IMG/VR virus record: IMGVR_UViG_3300040801_002290
Location: 96,001 to 160,000 of that record
Strand: one strand, 5' to 3'
Length of the DNA: 64,000 nucleotides
Source of the DNA: a virus
Made by a program: the position numbers and the translations under genes. Every line of letters begins with the position of its first letter. Positions within the stretch are counted from its first letter, which is position 1. Under the pieces are notes generated by a model. That model had not been told where the DNA came from, ran no database searches, and worked only from the letters and a program-made list of their open reading frames with translations. Positions 36,951 through 47,400 of the stretch are shown in pieces.

Positions 36951-38906
36951 TTATCCAATCACGACTACCCTAAATTCATCCGTTGTTGGCGCTACCGAGA
37001 AACGCAGTTTTACGGCGTTGGTAGTCTCATGTTCTACTTCTGGGAAAACCCTATCGTAAGGAGTTGAGTTGTCATACACTTCGACTACAACGTCTCTAGT
37101 TCCAAAGTTGTGGGTAATGGTAAATTCTGTAGCAGAATTATTACCCACGTTAGCTACATGCCTTGTCATAAAGCCAAGGTTTGTCTTAGCCCCGGCTTCC
37201 GTAGTAGCTCCGGTACCACCCCTGGCGATAGCGATGGTGGTGCCGCTCCACGTACCAGTAGCAATTGTTCCTAGGGTAGTAATGCTCGTTGAGCCAGCCC
37301 AAGTAGAAAGAGCAACATTTTCTACGTTATTAAGAGACAAGTCGGTTTTTACTTCGGCGTAGGTGCGCTGTACTAGGTTTCCAGTTCCGTTACCCTTTAG
37401 ATAGGAGTTAGTCGTAACGGAAGTAAGACCTGTACCGCCCTTAGCTACGGTAATGGTTGGAATTCGGGCTATATCAAAGGTACCGGTTGTAATCTTATCT
37501 GCATCAAGGCTTGGAATATCGCTCGCAATCAGAGTTGTACCAGCGGTAACCAGTCCCTTTGCGTCATAAGTAATTTTTGTAGCAGTACCACCCGTGATAG
37601 CAGCATTAGCGGCTACCGCCCCAATATCCGAAAGAACCTGTGCAGGAGTACGCTGCTGTAGCGTCGATGCAGAAGCGGCATTAATGTAGTTACCAGCGGT
37701 GTAGGAGGAGATTCCAGTACCACCACGGTTGGCTGCAATTGTGGTTGCGCTCCAGGTTCCTGTAGTTACTGTACCTAGTGTAACGATTGTGGACTGACCA
37801 GCGTACGTAGAAGCAATGTCTACCGAGTCTGCTCCAACAGTGATTCTATCCGCAGTTCCACCAACGTTAAGAGTGTTTCCAGTCTTTGTTAAACCGTTAC
37901 CGGCAAGAATTTCACCCTGGCTGCTGAACTTTACGAAAGAAAGTGCAGTAGTATTTAGTGTAATTGGGTTTGCGGTGGAAAGGACCCACCCGGTGTTATC
38001 GTTCTCTGTACCTTCTTCAACGAAGGTAAACATTCCGGAATTAACTTCTTCATCGCTGTTTGCGTCGTCGGCTCGTGACCATGCACCAGCAGCCACAACG
38101 TAAATACCATTCTGAGAAGCAGTGCCCTGATTCTTGACAAGAACTCTGTCTCCTGCAATTAGAGCAACATCGTCAACCGTCTGAGTTCCTGAAAGCGTAA
38201 TGCTGCCTACGGTAGCTGCTCTTACAGACTCTTTGGCATCCAAACCACTTCTAGAAGCGTCAACGTATGCTTTGTTAGCAGCATCACTTGGGTTAACCGG
38301 GTCTGCCAAACTGGTGATTATCTGGTTATTTAGAGAGACAGAGGCTGTAGGAGCAGCCATCTGGTCGAGACGGCTTGTCCTTACCTGTGTATCAAAGTCT
38401 GAAATAGTGGAGGCAAGTTGGGTGCCTGTGTGGTTTGTTCTACTTAGATAATAAGCTCCGTTTTGGCTATCTAAGTTGGTAGCGTTCGAAGCCGTACCCG
38501 TTAGATTGGCTGTAATTGTACCGGCGGTAAAATTCCCTGAGCCATCCCTGAGTACTAACGTACTTACCGTATTAGCAGAAGTAGCATTGTTTACAAGAGT
38601 AAAGTGAGCAGAGGACATACTACCGGCGTTAGAACCACTGGCTGCTAATATGCTTACAGTAATGTCTCCGGTAGAAGCACTAACCTGAATAGGAGAGGTT
38701 GCAGCTAGGCTAGTTACACCAGAACCGCCAGCGGAGTCATCCAAATCGACCCAGGCAGAGCCGTTATAAAATCTAATCTTTCCAGAATTAGAATTAAAAT
38801 AAATTCTAGCGTCCGCTGCTGTTGGGTCCGCTGTTAGTGACTGTAAGCGAACGTTTCGTATTTCGTTTACAGTAAGGTCAATAGGTGTTAGGAACCTCTG
38901 TGCCAT
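36951..38906 (-). CDS. Fibre protein (651 aa)
   Basis: DAANKAYVD...GLDAKESVRAAT...GDRVLVKNQ...NGIYVV...WSRADDA fibre domain. Confidence 0.85.
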   Translation of the reverse strand: MAQRFLTPIDLTVNEIRNVRLQSLTADPTAADARIYFNSNSGKIRFYNGSAWVDLDDSAGGSGVTSLAATSPIQVSASTGDITVSILAASGSNAGSMSSAHFTLVNNATSANTVSTLVLRDGSGNFTAGTITANLTGTASNATNLDSQNGAYYLSRTNHTGTQLASTISDFDTQVRTSRLDQMAAPTASVSLNNQIITSLADPVNPSDAANKAYVDASRSGLDAKESVRAATVGSITLSGTQTVDDVALIAGDRVLVKNQGTASQNGIYVVAAGAWSRADDANSDEEVNSGMFTFVEEGTENDNTGWVLSTANPITLNTTALSFVKFSSQGEILAGNGLTKTGNTLNVGGTADRITVGADSVDIASTYAGQSTIVTLGTVTTGTWSATTIAANRGGTGISSYTAGNYINAASASTLQQRTPAQVLSDIGAVAANAAITGGTATKITYDAKGLVTAGTTLIASDIPSLDADKITTGTFDIARIPTITVAKGGTGLTSVTTNSYLKGNGTGNLVQRTYAEVKTDLSLNNVENVALSTWAGSTSITTLGTIATGTWSGTTIAIARGGTGATTEAGAKTNLGFMTRHVANVGNNSATEFTITHNFGTRDVVVEVYDNSTPYDRVFPEVEHETTNAVKLRFSVAPTTDEFRVVVIG

Positions 38907-38918
38907 TATTTTCTCCTA

Positions 38919-39527
38919 TTAATTCAAATAAGCCTTTCCTAGAATATTACTAGTAAGATAAAGATAGAGTTCATTAGTGTTTATATACTCCACCTGTCCT
39001 TCTATAACTCTTTCGTTACTGCTATCATACGCTGTAACAGTTGGAAACTTCCCCAAAGAGTGAACTATGTGAAACCTATAAAAAGTCAACCCCAACTCTT
39101 CATTATCCATACCAGTAAGAAACTCTGTAGTTCCAGACGTTGGTGTATATATGAATCTGGCATCTCCTGGGGTTCCAGAAAGAAGTGTATTAACTGTGTT
39201 AGTTACGAATTCGGTAGTAGCGATTCGTGTAGAATAGTCTCCTGCTGTTGGTGTCACTGAGACAGAATTTCCACGCAAGTCTGCGTCATAAAAAACAGCA
39301 GCCTCCATATCTAGACGAAGGTCCTCAAGGCTCTTTAGCAAGGCACTGTCGTATTTTATTGTCCCTTTAACCTGTTTAAGAATAGAGCGGAGATAGTTCA
39401 AATCATCTTCCAGAGACTTCTGAGAAGTGTAGGACAAGGTAGGTACAGCAAGACTATCAGTGACACTTGCGCTTTTGTCAACCTGTCTTTGTTTTACCTG
39501 TGTACCATCTGGAAGAAGTATTGGCAT
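38919..39527 (-). CDS. Fibre-associated protein
   Basis: TRIATTEFV; C-terminal HSLGKFPTVTAYD...GQVEY is like the C-terminus of the 651-aa fibre. Confidence 0.7.
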   Translation of the reverse strand: MPILLPDGTQVKQRQVDKSASVTDSLAVPTLSYTSQKSLEDDLNYLRSILKQVKGTIKYDSALLKSLEDLRLDMEAAVFYDADLRGNSVSVTPTAGDYSTRIATTEFVTNTVNTLLSGTPGDARFIYTPTSGTTEFLTGMDNEELGLTFYRFHIVHSLGKFPTVTAYDSSNERVIEGQVEYINTNELYLYLTSNILGKAYLN

Positions 39528-39528
39528 A

Positions 39529-39765
39529 TTAATTCTCTAGGGATTCTACCTCTGGTGCTACCTGTGGCTCTTCATCCGTTCCAAGAGTGTCAACATATTC
39601 AAGTATGGCCTTAACTTCCATGAGTCGGCCTTCCAGCAGGGAAATATCCTTTCTAGTAGCAACGAGAACCTTGTCAAGCTCGGCCTCCTGGCCCTTCTTT
39701 TCCTTTAGCTGGTTGAGGATGCTGTCTCTCTCACTGTTTAGGTCGGAAATGATTCTTTCTTTCAT
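39529..39765 (-). CDS. Small coiled-coil protein
   Basis: Continuous heptad pattern; SD AAGGA. Confidence 0.7.
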   Translation of the reverse strand: MKERIISDLNSERDSILNQLKEKKGQEAELDKVLVATRKDISLLEGRLMEVKAILEYVDTLGTDEEPQVAPEVESLEN

Positions 39766-39779
39766 GTGTTTGTTCCTTT

Positions 39780-40490
39780 CTATGAAACGTCTACCCCTAT
39801 CAATCTTCCTAATCCATCATAAACCAATGTTTTAGTAGACGTAGGTGTGACAACCTGGGAAATATTTCCCTGTAAATCATATATTAACACGGTCTCACTG
39901 GTATCATCAAATACCAGTTTTTCAATCTGACCAAAGTCATTATACACTATTTCAAAGCCTTGTTCTACTAAAAGAGATTCTAAGGCTTGAAGTCTAGCCT
40001 CAAGAGTAACATCTAGATAATTCTGAATAGAGACTAGAGTAAGCTCTATAGTATCGACATCAGAAAACAAATCGTTGAGATTTGTTTCTAACAGGCTTAC
40101 ATCTCCTGCCAAAGTGAGCAAGTCTCCCTGAGTAGAGGTAAGGTCAATCTCTAAGTCTGAAAGCCACTGTTGCAAATCCCCGATGTCTGATTCTATGAGG
40201 TCAATCTCTGCTTGAGTTGGTAAAGCGGCTATTTCTAAATAAATATTGGAAATGTCACCGTTTATCGTCCCAATGTCGATAAGAACATCATCAACCCTCT
40301 GATGAAGAGAAACTATCTCTCCCTCATTTATAGTGACTCTACCATCTAAGGCATTTATGTCTGCAACAATATTTCCCGCATCGACAGACAAAGAATTAAT
40401 AGCGGCCTTTAGCGCCGCTATCTCTTCTAGGAGGTCGGCATATTGCGGCTCCCCTCCCCTAATTTGTCCCTGACGGACTCTAGTGGCCAT
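39780..40490 (-). CDS. Coiled-coil fibre-like protein with C-terminal YD-like repeats
   Basis: Long acidic heptads followed by YNDFGQI, YDLQGNI, YDGLGRL. Confidence 0.7.
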   Translation of the reverse strand: MATRVRQGQIRGGEPQYADLLEEIAALKAAINSLSVDAGNIVADINALDGRVTINEGEIVSLHQRVDDVLIDIGTINGDISNIYLEIAALPTQAEIDLIESDIGDLQQWLSDLEIDLTSTQGDLLTLAGDVSLLETNLNDLFSDVDTIELTLVSIQNYLDVTLEARLQALESLLVEQGFEIVYNDFGQIEKLVFDDTSETVLIYDLQGNISQVVTPTSTKTLVYDGLGRLIGVDVS

Positions 40491-40492
40491 TT

Positions 40493-41086
40493 TTAAATCC
40501 TATATTGCAAGGCTACCAAATCCCCTGCTAGTGGGGTGTTGATGAACTCTATAACGTTCGTACTTCTCTTAACATAGTCGATTCCAGAGGACTGTACAAC
40601 ACCGTTCAACGCTACAAAATAAACCTCACCAGAAGCAGAAAAGACACTGGTAGTTCCATCTGCGACAAGAGTCTGCCACATGAACATTCCAACCAATTCT
40701 TGGGGAAGTGTAACAGGGTTTGGATTAATCGTCTGGTTAAGGTTACCAAGTAGAGGAGTACGCTGTTTGGGGGGAACGTAGTCCGGAAGCTCATCAAAGT
40801 CTACTACGGTAAGAGTTCCATTAACTATCTTATTATAAATGTTGGTGGTGTCCTTAACAATTTTAAAGGTGTAATAATTCTCTCTTTTTCCATCGAAGGA
40901 ACTGGGAACTAATTGAAAAGAGAATCTTCCGTAAGAGTTAGAGAACTCTCTTCTCATCTCATTTCCATAAAGAGAGGAGCTATAAGACATTTGAGAATTT
41001 AGCCATACCTCTATCAAAGCCCCGTCGTAGGGCTTTCCATTTACATCTCTTACAGTTCCGTTTACCGTTACAGTGTTAACAGGCAT
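40493..41086 (-). CDS. Virion protein with carboxypeptidase-regulatory-like beta domain
   Basis: VNGTVRDVNGKPYDGALIEV...YGRFSFQL; C-terminal VALNGVVQ...DY...IEF...P..GD. Confidence 0.65.
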   Translation of the reverse strand: MPVNTVTVNGTVRDVNGKPYDGALIEVWLNSQMSYSSSLYGNEMRREFSNSYGRFSFQLVPSSFDGKRENYYTFKIVKDTTNIYNKIVNGTLTVVDFDELPDYVPPKQRTPLLGNLNQTINPNPVTLPQELVGMFMWQTLVADGTTSVFSASGEVYFVALNGVVQSSGIDYVKRSTNVIEFINTPLAGDLVALQYRI

Positions 41087-41092
41087 GGTTTA

Positions 41093-41815
41093 TTACCCCG
41101 GCTGATAGCTGAGTAGTGTTTGAGTGGTCAACTCCACAGAAGGTAGATTAGGTACGAATCCTCTTGTTGTGAATCCAACAATCGGTACATTAATTGTTAC
41201 GTCTAGACCTACAACCAATGGCAGTTCAAAATACCCACTATCGTCGGTAACCGTAGTAGACGCATACCCAATAAGTCCAGCTTTGTGGGTAAAGAACCCA
41301 GCCCTATTAAGGTAAGCTTCAATCTTTTGCCCAGACAGTGGCTTCCCGGCCACATCTTTTAGGGTACCAAACACCTTACACAGACTTGGCTCTACTGTTG
41401 TCGGAGCCCCGCCGAAAAGGTGCCTTTCAAAGAAATATTCAAATGTTGATACATCAGGAATGTCGATAAACTCAACAGACTCGGGAACAAGGGGGTCATA
41501 GTCGGGGTTTGGAACTGTTTCATAATCAAAGGACTGATATTCAAAAACCAAGTCCTGAACAATGCTGGGCAAAGTAATAATGGTTCTAGTCTTTAGAAGT
41601 GGGTCACCGAAGAACACATCAAAAAGATACCAAAAATCTTCTAAATCATATGTAGCTTCCGGGTCTGCAACATCTACAAAGTTATTTAGTGCTGGGCTAA
41701 AATAAAACCCATCACGAAGCCTTCTTATTCTGACCCTAAGACCGGCTTTTGGAGTAGAGCGAACAAGTTCTAGTCGCTCATTTATTTTGTGAGTATATTC
41801 TGGTATGCTTTCCAT
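41093..41815 (-). CDS. Virion protein with carboxypeptidase-regulatory-like beta domain
   Basis: VFGTLKDVAGKPLSGQKIE...TDDSGYFELPL; paralogous to the neighbour. Confidence 0.65.
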   Translation of the reverse strand: MESIPEYTHKINERLELVRSTPKAGLRVRIRRLRDGFYFSPALNNFVDVADPEATYDLEDFWYLFDVFFGDPLLKTRTIITLPSIVQDLVFEYQSFDYETVPNPDYDPLVPESVEFIDIPDVSTFEYFFERHLFGGAPTTVEPSLCKVFGTLKDVAGKPLSGQKIEAYLNRAGFFTHKAGLIGYASTTVTDDSGYFELPLVVGLDVTINVPIVGFTTRGFVPNLPSVELTTQTLLSYQPG

Positions 41816-41824
41816 ATGTCTCCA

Positions 41825-41853
41825 ATTATATCCTTAAGGTCAGGAGGTTTCAA
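41825..41853 (-). promoter_or_regulatory. Promoter TTGAAA-N17-TATAAT heading the fibre block
   Basis: Near-consensus; -35 overlaps the end of the CCA gene. Confidence 0.65.
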
Positions 41854-43573
41854 TTATTTTTCGTATGAAGTCCTCGCCCTTGTCCCAAAGTTGCTCCATT
41901 TCCATACCGTTTGCTTGGGCAAAAGCTATGAGAGTGTTCTTGTCTTGAGTGCTTAGGCTACTGGTATAAGAAACTGCGTTTTGGTATTGGGCCGAAAAAA
42001 GTCTAGTAGCATAGAGAATGCCACCAGCTTCATCCTCAAATAACCCCTCCATCTGAGCTTCAAATAGGGTTTTTAGAACCTCTGAATAATGCAGTCCACC
42101 GGTTTTATACTCTTCCGGTAGGTAACCATCCTGAGCCAAGCTCATCAGGTGACGGCCAAGTACAACCGGCTTTATTCTCTCTTCGGATAGGGAAAGCTGA
42201 TTTGCCATGAACAGCAACTCTTTAGCCTTCTCAGGTACTCCCTTTTCTAATGGAGGGCGACCAGAATGGTCTGCTTCTATGACTCTAACCAACATCTCAA
42301 CATTAGCTGGGTGAAGCCTTAGAGAAAGCCTTCTAACAGCCCGAGGAGTTATGTCGTTTAGGTGAGACATATGCTCAGAAACTAGAGGCCAAACCTTAGC
42401 GATTACGGTCTCCTGAACACCAATTGAGCGAAGAAAAGACTTGGTTGGGTCAACCCCGGCCTGTGCATGTCCCGGAGCATGGTACTCTCCGTTTTCTACA
42501 ATTGTGGTTGTAGGTTTTCCGAAATCGTGACATAGGGCTGCCATTAGTAGAACAAACCTATCCTCACCCTGTAGTCCGTCTCTTTCGGCAATTAGAGCGG
42601 CTTCATCAACTACATGAAGAGTATGCTCCCAAACATCTCCCTCTGGATGCCACTTCTCTTCCTGCTTTACTCCTATGAGTTCTTTTATTTCTGGATAAAA
42701 GTCAATCCATCCTGTCTGTCTAAGAACCTTTAATCCAGCACTGGGTTTTTTGCCTTTTAAAGCCCATTTCTGCCATTCAGTAAAAATTCTTTCTTTTGCA
42801 ATGGTTGGATATTCGTGCTTAATGTCGTTGGCTAGTTTCGCCGTGGAGTCATCCATAGTCATGTCAAACCTAGCGGCAAACTGCATACCACGAAGAACAC
42901 GTAGAGGGTCTTCCGAGAATTTGTCAGAGATATGACGAAGCCTTCTCTGCTGCAAGTCCTTCATTCCCCCGAAAAAGTCCAGAATTTTGCCTTCCGGAGT
43001 CATGGAGAGACCGTTAATTGTGTAGTCTCTACGTGAGGTTGCTTCCTCGGCAGACATCGTATGGTCTGGCTCAACTACGAACCCTCTGTGACCTTCACCC
43101 TCTTTGTTTTCTCTTCTGGGCAAAGAAAAGTCATAGTCACCATTCTGAGTGGTAAGTTTTATAACCCCGAAACTAGCTCCAACTACATCCACCTTTCCGT
43201 AGTTAGAAAGAATCTTTTGAAGCTCTTCTGACGGGACATTATAAACCTCTATGTCAACATCCTTATTCTCCGAGCCCATGTACCTGTCTCTCACTGCTCC
43301 ACCCACAAACAACATGTCGCCGCCAAGTTGTCTAATGTCATTTGCGATATGGTAAACCTCTTGGTCAACCTGTAGAGGCTCGTGTGTCTCAGTTTCCAGG
43401 TTGCTACTCTCTAGTGTCCAACCGGGAATAAGTCCGGTGGAAACGTCGGCAAATCTGTAAGGACCCCCGGAAAATTCACCTGGGGTCTTCACAACCTCGC
43501 CTTTTTCGGAGCTTATTCTAAGCACATAGCCAGACGGGACTACGAATCCTTTTAACGAATCTATTCTGTTCAT
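41840..43573 (-). CDS. cca: CCA-adding tRNA nucleotidyltransferase with HD domain
   Basis: VGGAVRD...DVDIE, RRDYTIN, EDPLRVLR...FAARF, ERI..EW, HPEGDVWEHT, ALCHDFGK; about 75-aa N-terminal extension. CCA versus poly(A) specificity not proven. Confidence 0.88.
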   Translation of the reverse strand: MNRIDSLKGFVVPSGYVLRISSEKGEVVKTPGEFSGGPYRFADVSTGLIPGWTLESSNLETETHEPLQVDQEVYHIANDIRQLGGDMLFVGGAVRDRYMGSENKDVDIEVYNVPSEELQKILSNYGKVDVVGASFGVIKLTTQNGDYDFSLPRRENKEGEGHRGFVVEPDHTMSAEEATSRRDYTINGLSMTPEGKILDFFGGMKDLQQRRLRHISDKFSEDPLRVLRGMQFAARFDMTMDDSTAKLANDIKHEYPTIAKERIFTEWQKWALKGKKPSAGLKVLRQTGWIDFYPEIKELIGVKQEEKWHPEGDVWEHTLHVVDEAALIAERDGLQGEDRFVLLMAALCHDFGKPTTTIVENGEYHAPGHAQAGVDPTKSFLRSIGVQETVIAKVWPLVSEHMSHLNDITPRAVRRLSLRLHPANVEMLVRVIEADHSGRPPLEKGVPEKAKELLFMANQLSLSEERIKPVVLGRHLMSLAQDGYLPEEYKTGGLHYSEVLKTLFEAQMEGLFEDEAGGILYATRLFSAQYQNAVSYTSSLSTQDKNTLIAFAQANGMEMEQLWDKGEDFIRKIIETS

Positions 43574-43636
43574 TCTACCTCTTCGTAGTCTTTGCCTAGT
43601 AGTTTGTATATTAGAGAGGGGTATTTCTGAGGGTTA

Positions 43637-44410
43637 CTAGTCTTTTTGTTTATCTCCATTGTCTTCATCAGTTTCAACTGCTTTAGGATTAACTCCTCCA
43701 GTTCGTATTTGTTTGCTGGCTGCATTAGTAACACCTCCCTCTAAATCCTGTCTTTCTAGTGCCTGAGCAACACCACCGGCTGCCGTCAACGCCCTAAGTA
43801 TATCGTATGTAAGGTAGTAATTTCCATCTTTTTCTACTATGGAAGTAGAGTCTAAAGCATATGGTGGAACTTCCGATGGATTAACGGGGTCTGCTAGATT
43901 CGTGAAAGAAACCGCCTTCAAAACATCTTTCTCGGAGAACTCCTTCATCATCTTCTTGGCAGTTACATTAACCTTGAATCCCAGGTAAATATCCTTAAGC
44001 AACTCTTCGTTTTCTTCCAACGCGGCTTTAAAAAGATACTTTTCTGTTATCCCCCCGAACAAAATCATTACCATAGCGTGCATGTAGAAGAAATCCCCGG
44101 TCTTTTTTAGAAGAGAAACAGCCTCTTCCACCTTATCCAAATCTACTGCTAGAGTCCATGGGGTATCATCGTAGATATTCCATGTAGGTTCATATTCTTT
44201 CCCGTTTATAGAATTATCCAGGTGCTTAAGGAGAGTTACGTATTTTGCGTCTACGGTACCAATAGAGCCGTGCTTAAATCCCGCTTCGGCTCTAAGAAAT
44301 TCGCTAACAGAGTTTGTCAACTCCCCGGTGAACTCCATATTCATGTCCCCTACGAAACTTGAGACCCACTCATTTAATTTGTCTGTACAGTAAGTCCAAA
44401 TTCTTATCAT
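43637..44410 (-). CDS. Portal-linked protein carrying a copy of the capsid N-terminal arm
   Basis: DILRALTAAGGVAQALERQDLEG versus capsid DVLKAIDGTSQVAQSLERQDLEG. Confidence 0.75.
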   Translation of the reverse strand: MIRIWTYCTDKLNEWVSSFVGDMNMEFTGELTNSVSEFLRAEAGFKHGSIGTVDAKYVTLLKHLDNSINGKEYEPTWNIYDDTPWTLAVDLDKVEEAVSLLKKTGDFFYMHAMVMILFGGITEKYLFKAALEENEELLKDIYLGFKVNVTAKKMMKEFSEKDVLKAVSFTNLADPVNPSEVPPYALDSTSIVEKDGNYYLTYDILRALTAAGGVAQALERQDLEGGVTNAASKQIRTGGVNPKAVETDEDNGDKQKD

Positions 44411-47400
44411 ATAGTCATTCTCCTTTGAAGCTCATCTGCTGTAAGTAGGTTACCATGGGACATGGTTCTTCCTGGTGCCTGAATACTCTGTACTTCATAG
44501 TTCATACTCAATTCATGCACGGCTACTGAATGGTCTTTTGAGCCGTTAGGCATATTTAGGACCATTGTTGGGTGAATATTCATTTTTCCCTTGTTAGACT
44601 TCCACATTTGAGTTACAAGTTTATTAAAGTTGTCGGAGTTTCCGTGGTGTGGAATGTTTCCTCCAGAAGACTCCATTTTACCTTCTCCTGGAAAAATATC
44701 AGTACCAGAGGGAGACTGTTTTATGACCATGTAATCAACTGTACCATTCTGAGCGTAATCCATCTTTCCAAATGTGTAAACTTCTCCACCTTTACCCGTC
44801 CAAGAGAGTCCAACCACTCCGGAGACAGAGCTTTCTCGTATGTCAGAACCAGAAGAAGATTCAAGATGTTGAAGAAGCATTGGAACTGCGCTTAGAGACT
44901 CAAGTGCGTGACCGATTGTACTTACAGAGCCAAGTCGAAGATTTTGAGAGACATAAGTTGACAAAACCTCTCCGTACTCGGGACTTAGTTTTTTAATTCT
45001 GTTTTCTACAACTGCTCGATAGTTGTTTTGTAGCTTTTCAAACTCACCCCGCCCAATTTCCCCTCTTCTATCCATATCATAAGCACGCTTGAGGGAGGTC
45101 GCAAGGGAAGAAAGGGTATACCTCTCAGAATTCTCCACAGGGCTCTCAGATAAAAGCACACCTCTTGAGGTAGCCGCGTTAGCCACTTCCCCCGCCGAAA
45201 AATTCTCCATGATTCTGGAGGCCCCACGGAGAGACTCTGTAGTCTCGGTGAGGGACTTCTTATCGAACAGGTTGGTTGACTGAACGTCTCTCATCATCTC
45301 TAGAGCCTCTTCTTCACTGTCGAGAATGGTGAGCCCGTCATCCCCTACAATTGTGGAAGCACGGGAGTGAATGTTTGCAGTGAGCATTGAGTGTGCCGGG
45401 ACAGCACTCTCATCTTGAGACATGAATCGAACGAGAGTCATATCATCAATTATCTCTCCCGTATCACCGTTTTTTCTAATGTAATTAGCTAAAACAGCTT
45501 CTCTAAGTGAGGCATCCCAGACAAAGTTATCCTCACTGTCCTGGTTGGGAAGAAACCTGGCCCTGTTCAAAGCTTCAGCAAAAAGAGCCTGAGACGCACT
45601 ATGGAAGGAGCCAGTTACACTGTTATACCCATCAACCGCATCCATCAGCACAGTTGAAAATAACCTAGCAATCTTGGGAGAGAGAGTCATTCCAACGTTA
45701 AATCTACCCGCTGCTGATTGAACCGCGTGTACAACAAGAGCAGAAAAGCCTCTTGCAGCATATTCGCTGAGTCTGGAAGTAGAAGAATTATTGAAGGCGG
45801 AATTCAAATGCCCTTGGAAAATTCCTGCTCTTTCAACTAGTCTTTGAGTAGCAGACTCGGCAAGGTCTAAAGGCACAGATAAGTCGGAGACCATAAAATC
45901 TCTGATTTTATCAGAAAATTCTGGAGTATTCATGTAGTCTATCGGAGACATTCCTGTTCTATTATTTCCTACCAATGCTGTTATTCTGCTCGCTAATTTA
46001 GGTGCAATATGCTCTTTAAAGATGGCCCCATATTGAGCATTACTGTCTCGATAGTAGTCCGTGAAAACTTTGCCCACAGAAGGAATACTGGTCCCCCTGG
46101 AACCAGACAAAACCATGGTTGTAAGAATCTTGGACGGGTCCTTTTTAAACATAGAAGTTATTTCAGAGAAAATCTCATTCTGTAGCTTAACAGAGAACTC
46201 TTCCTGTCGCTTTCCTCCACGAAGAATGAGTGGGGACTCGACTATCTTATTCTTTAAAACCTCACGAATATGTTCCATGTGGTCGGGAGTAATATCACCG
46301 GTTTTTGGTGCCAAGGAATCAAAGATTCCGGTGAAGGATAGATTCGTATCTCTGAATACAAAGATTTTGTCTAACCTATCTAGAATACCGCGAGTCATTT
46401 CAGCCCCGGAATCATTAGTCATACCGAGTTCAAGAGCCATTTGAACAACGAAGTTTCCTGTTTCTACGGAGTCTATGATGTCCCTTACGGCCTTTATCTT
46501 AGAGATATCCGAGGATATTTTCTTTATCTCGGCAGAGGTACCGGAAGAATTCTGAGCCAAAATTAAAGACTTCTCAAGGCGAAGCAAAAGCTCCTGATGC
46601 TTTAGCTTTTTCTTCTGCTCCGCGACCGTGGCGGCAGACGGTGGAGACATGTACTCTGCCATTCTAATTCCTGCTGCCAAAGCTGCTTTTCGCTCTGCTT
46701 CACGAGAGTCTGTTGGAATCTTGCTAGAATCGAGTATGTCATAAAAGGAGTCATAAGCCTCCGTCTGATTCTTACCAAAAGCCGGGAAGAGTTTTGCAAT
46801 GTTAATGCTTGCCTGAGAGTCCTTATTCCACCCGCCACGAATACCTTCAAGAAGTTTTGCCGCTTCCTGATTACCATTCTTACTAGCAACAAACAGAGCG
46901 GTTACCAGCGCCTTAGGGTGAATGTCCTTTCTGTCTGGCTTGTTTGCATCTCTTACACCGGGCCTAAACTTAATCTTAAATTTAGCCTTTATTTGCCCTG
47001 GAAAACTGATTCCTTTCTTGTCTTCCTGAGTTGGCTCGTGTACAATCTTTCCCTCTGCCTCTTTTAGCAAAGGCTCTAGTTCCTCTATCAAGCTCTGCTC
47101 CACGTTTCCACCGCTTACCTCGTGAAGTAAGTCAACTCTGTGTGCCCAAGCGTCAATCAACTCGTTAAAGGTCTCCGTTACTAGAGCTTCCTCATCGTCA
47201 ATTCTAGCTAAGGACTCTGGGTCATTTCCGTAAGCAGCCCTTTGCATGTCGTAATACTGTTGGTAGTAAGCAGCAACCTTCAAAACATCCCCGTAGGTGT
47301 AATCTAGACCCATGTACTGCTTCAACTGACTGGGATTAAAGCCTTCGGGAATTTCTTCATCGCTTGAAACTGAGTCATCGAGTTCTGGCTCTTCTTCCTC

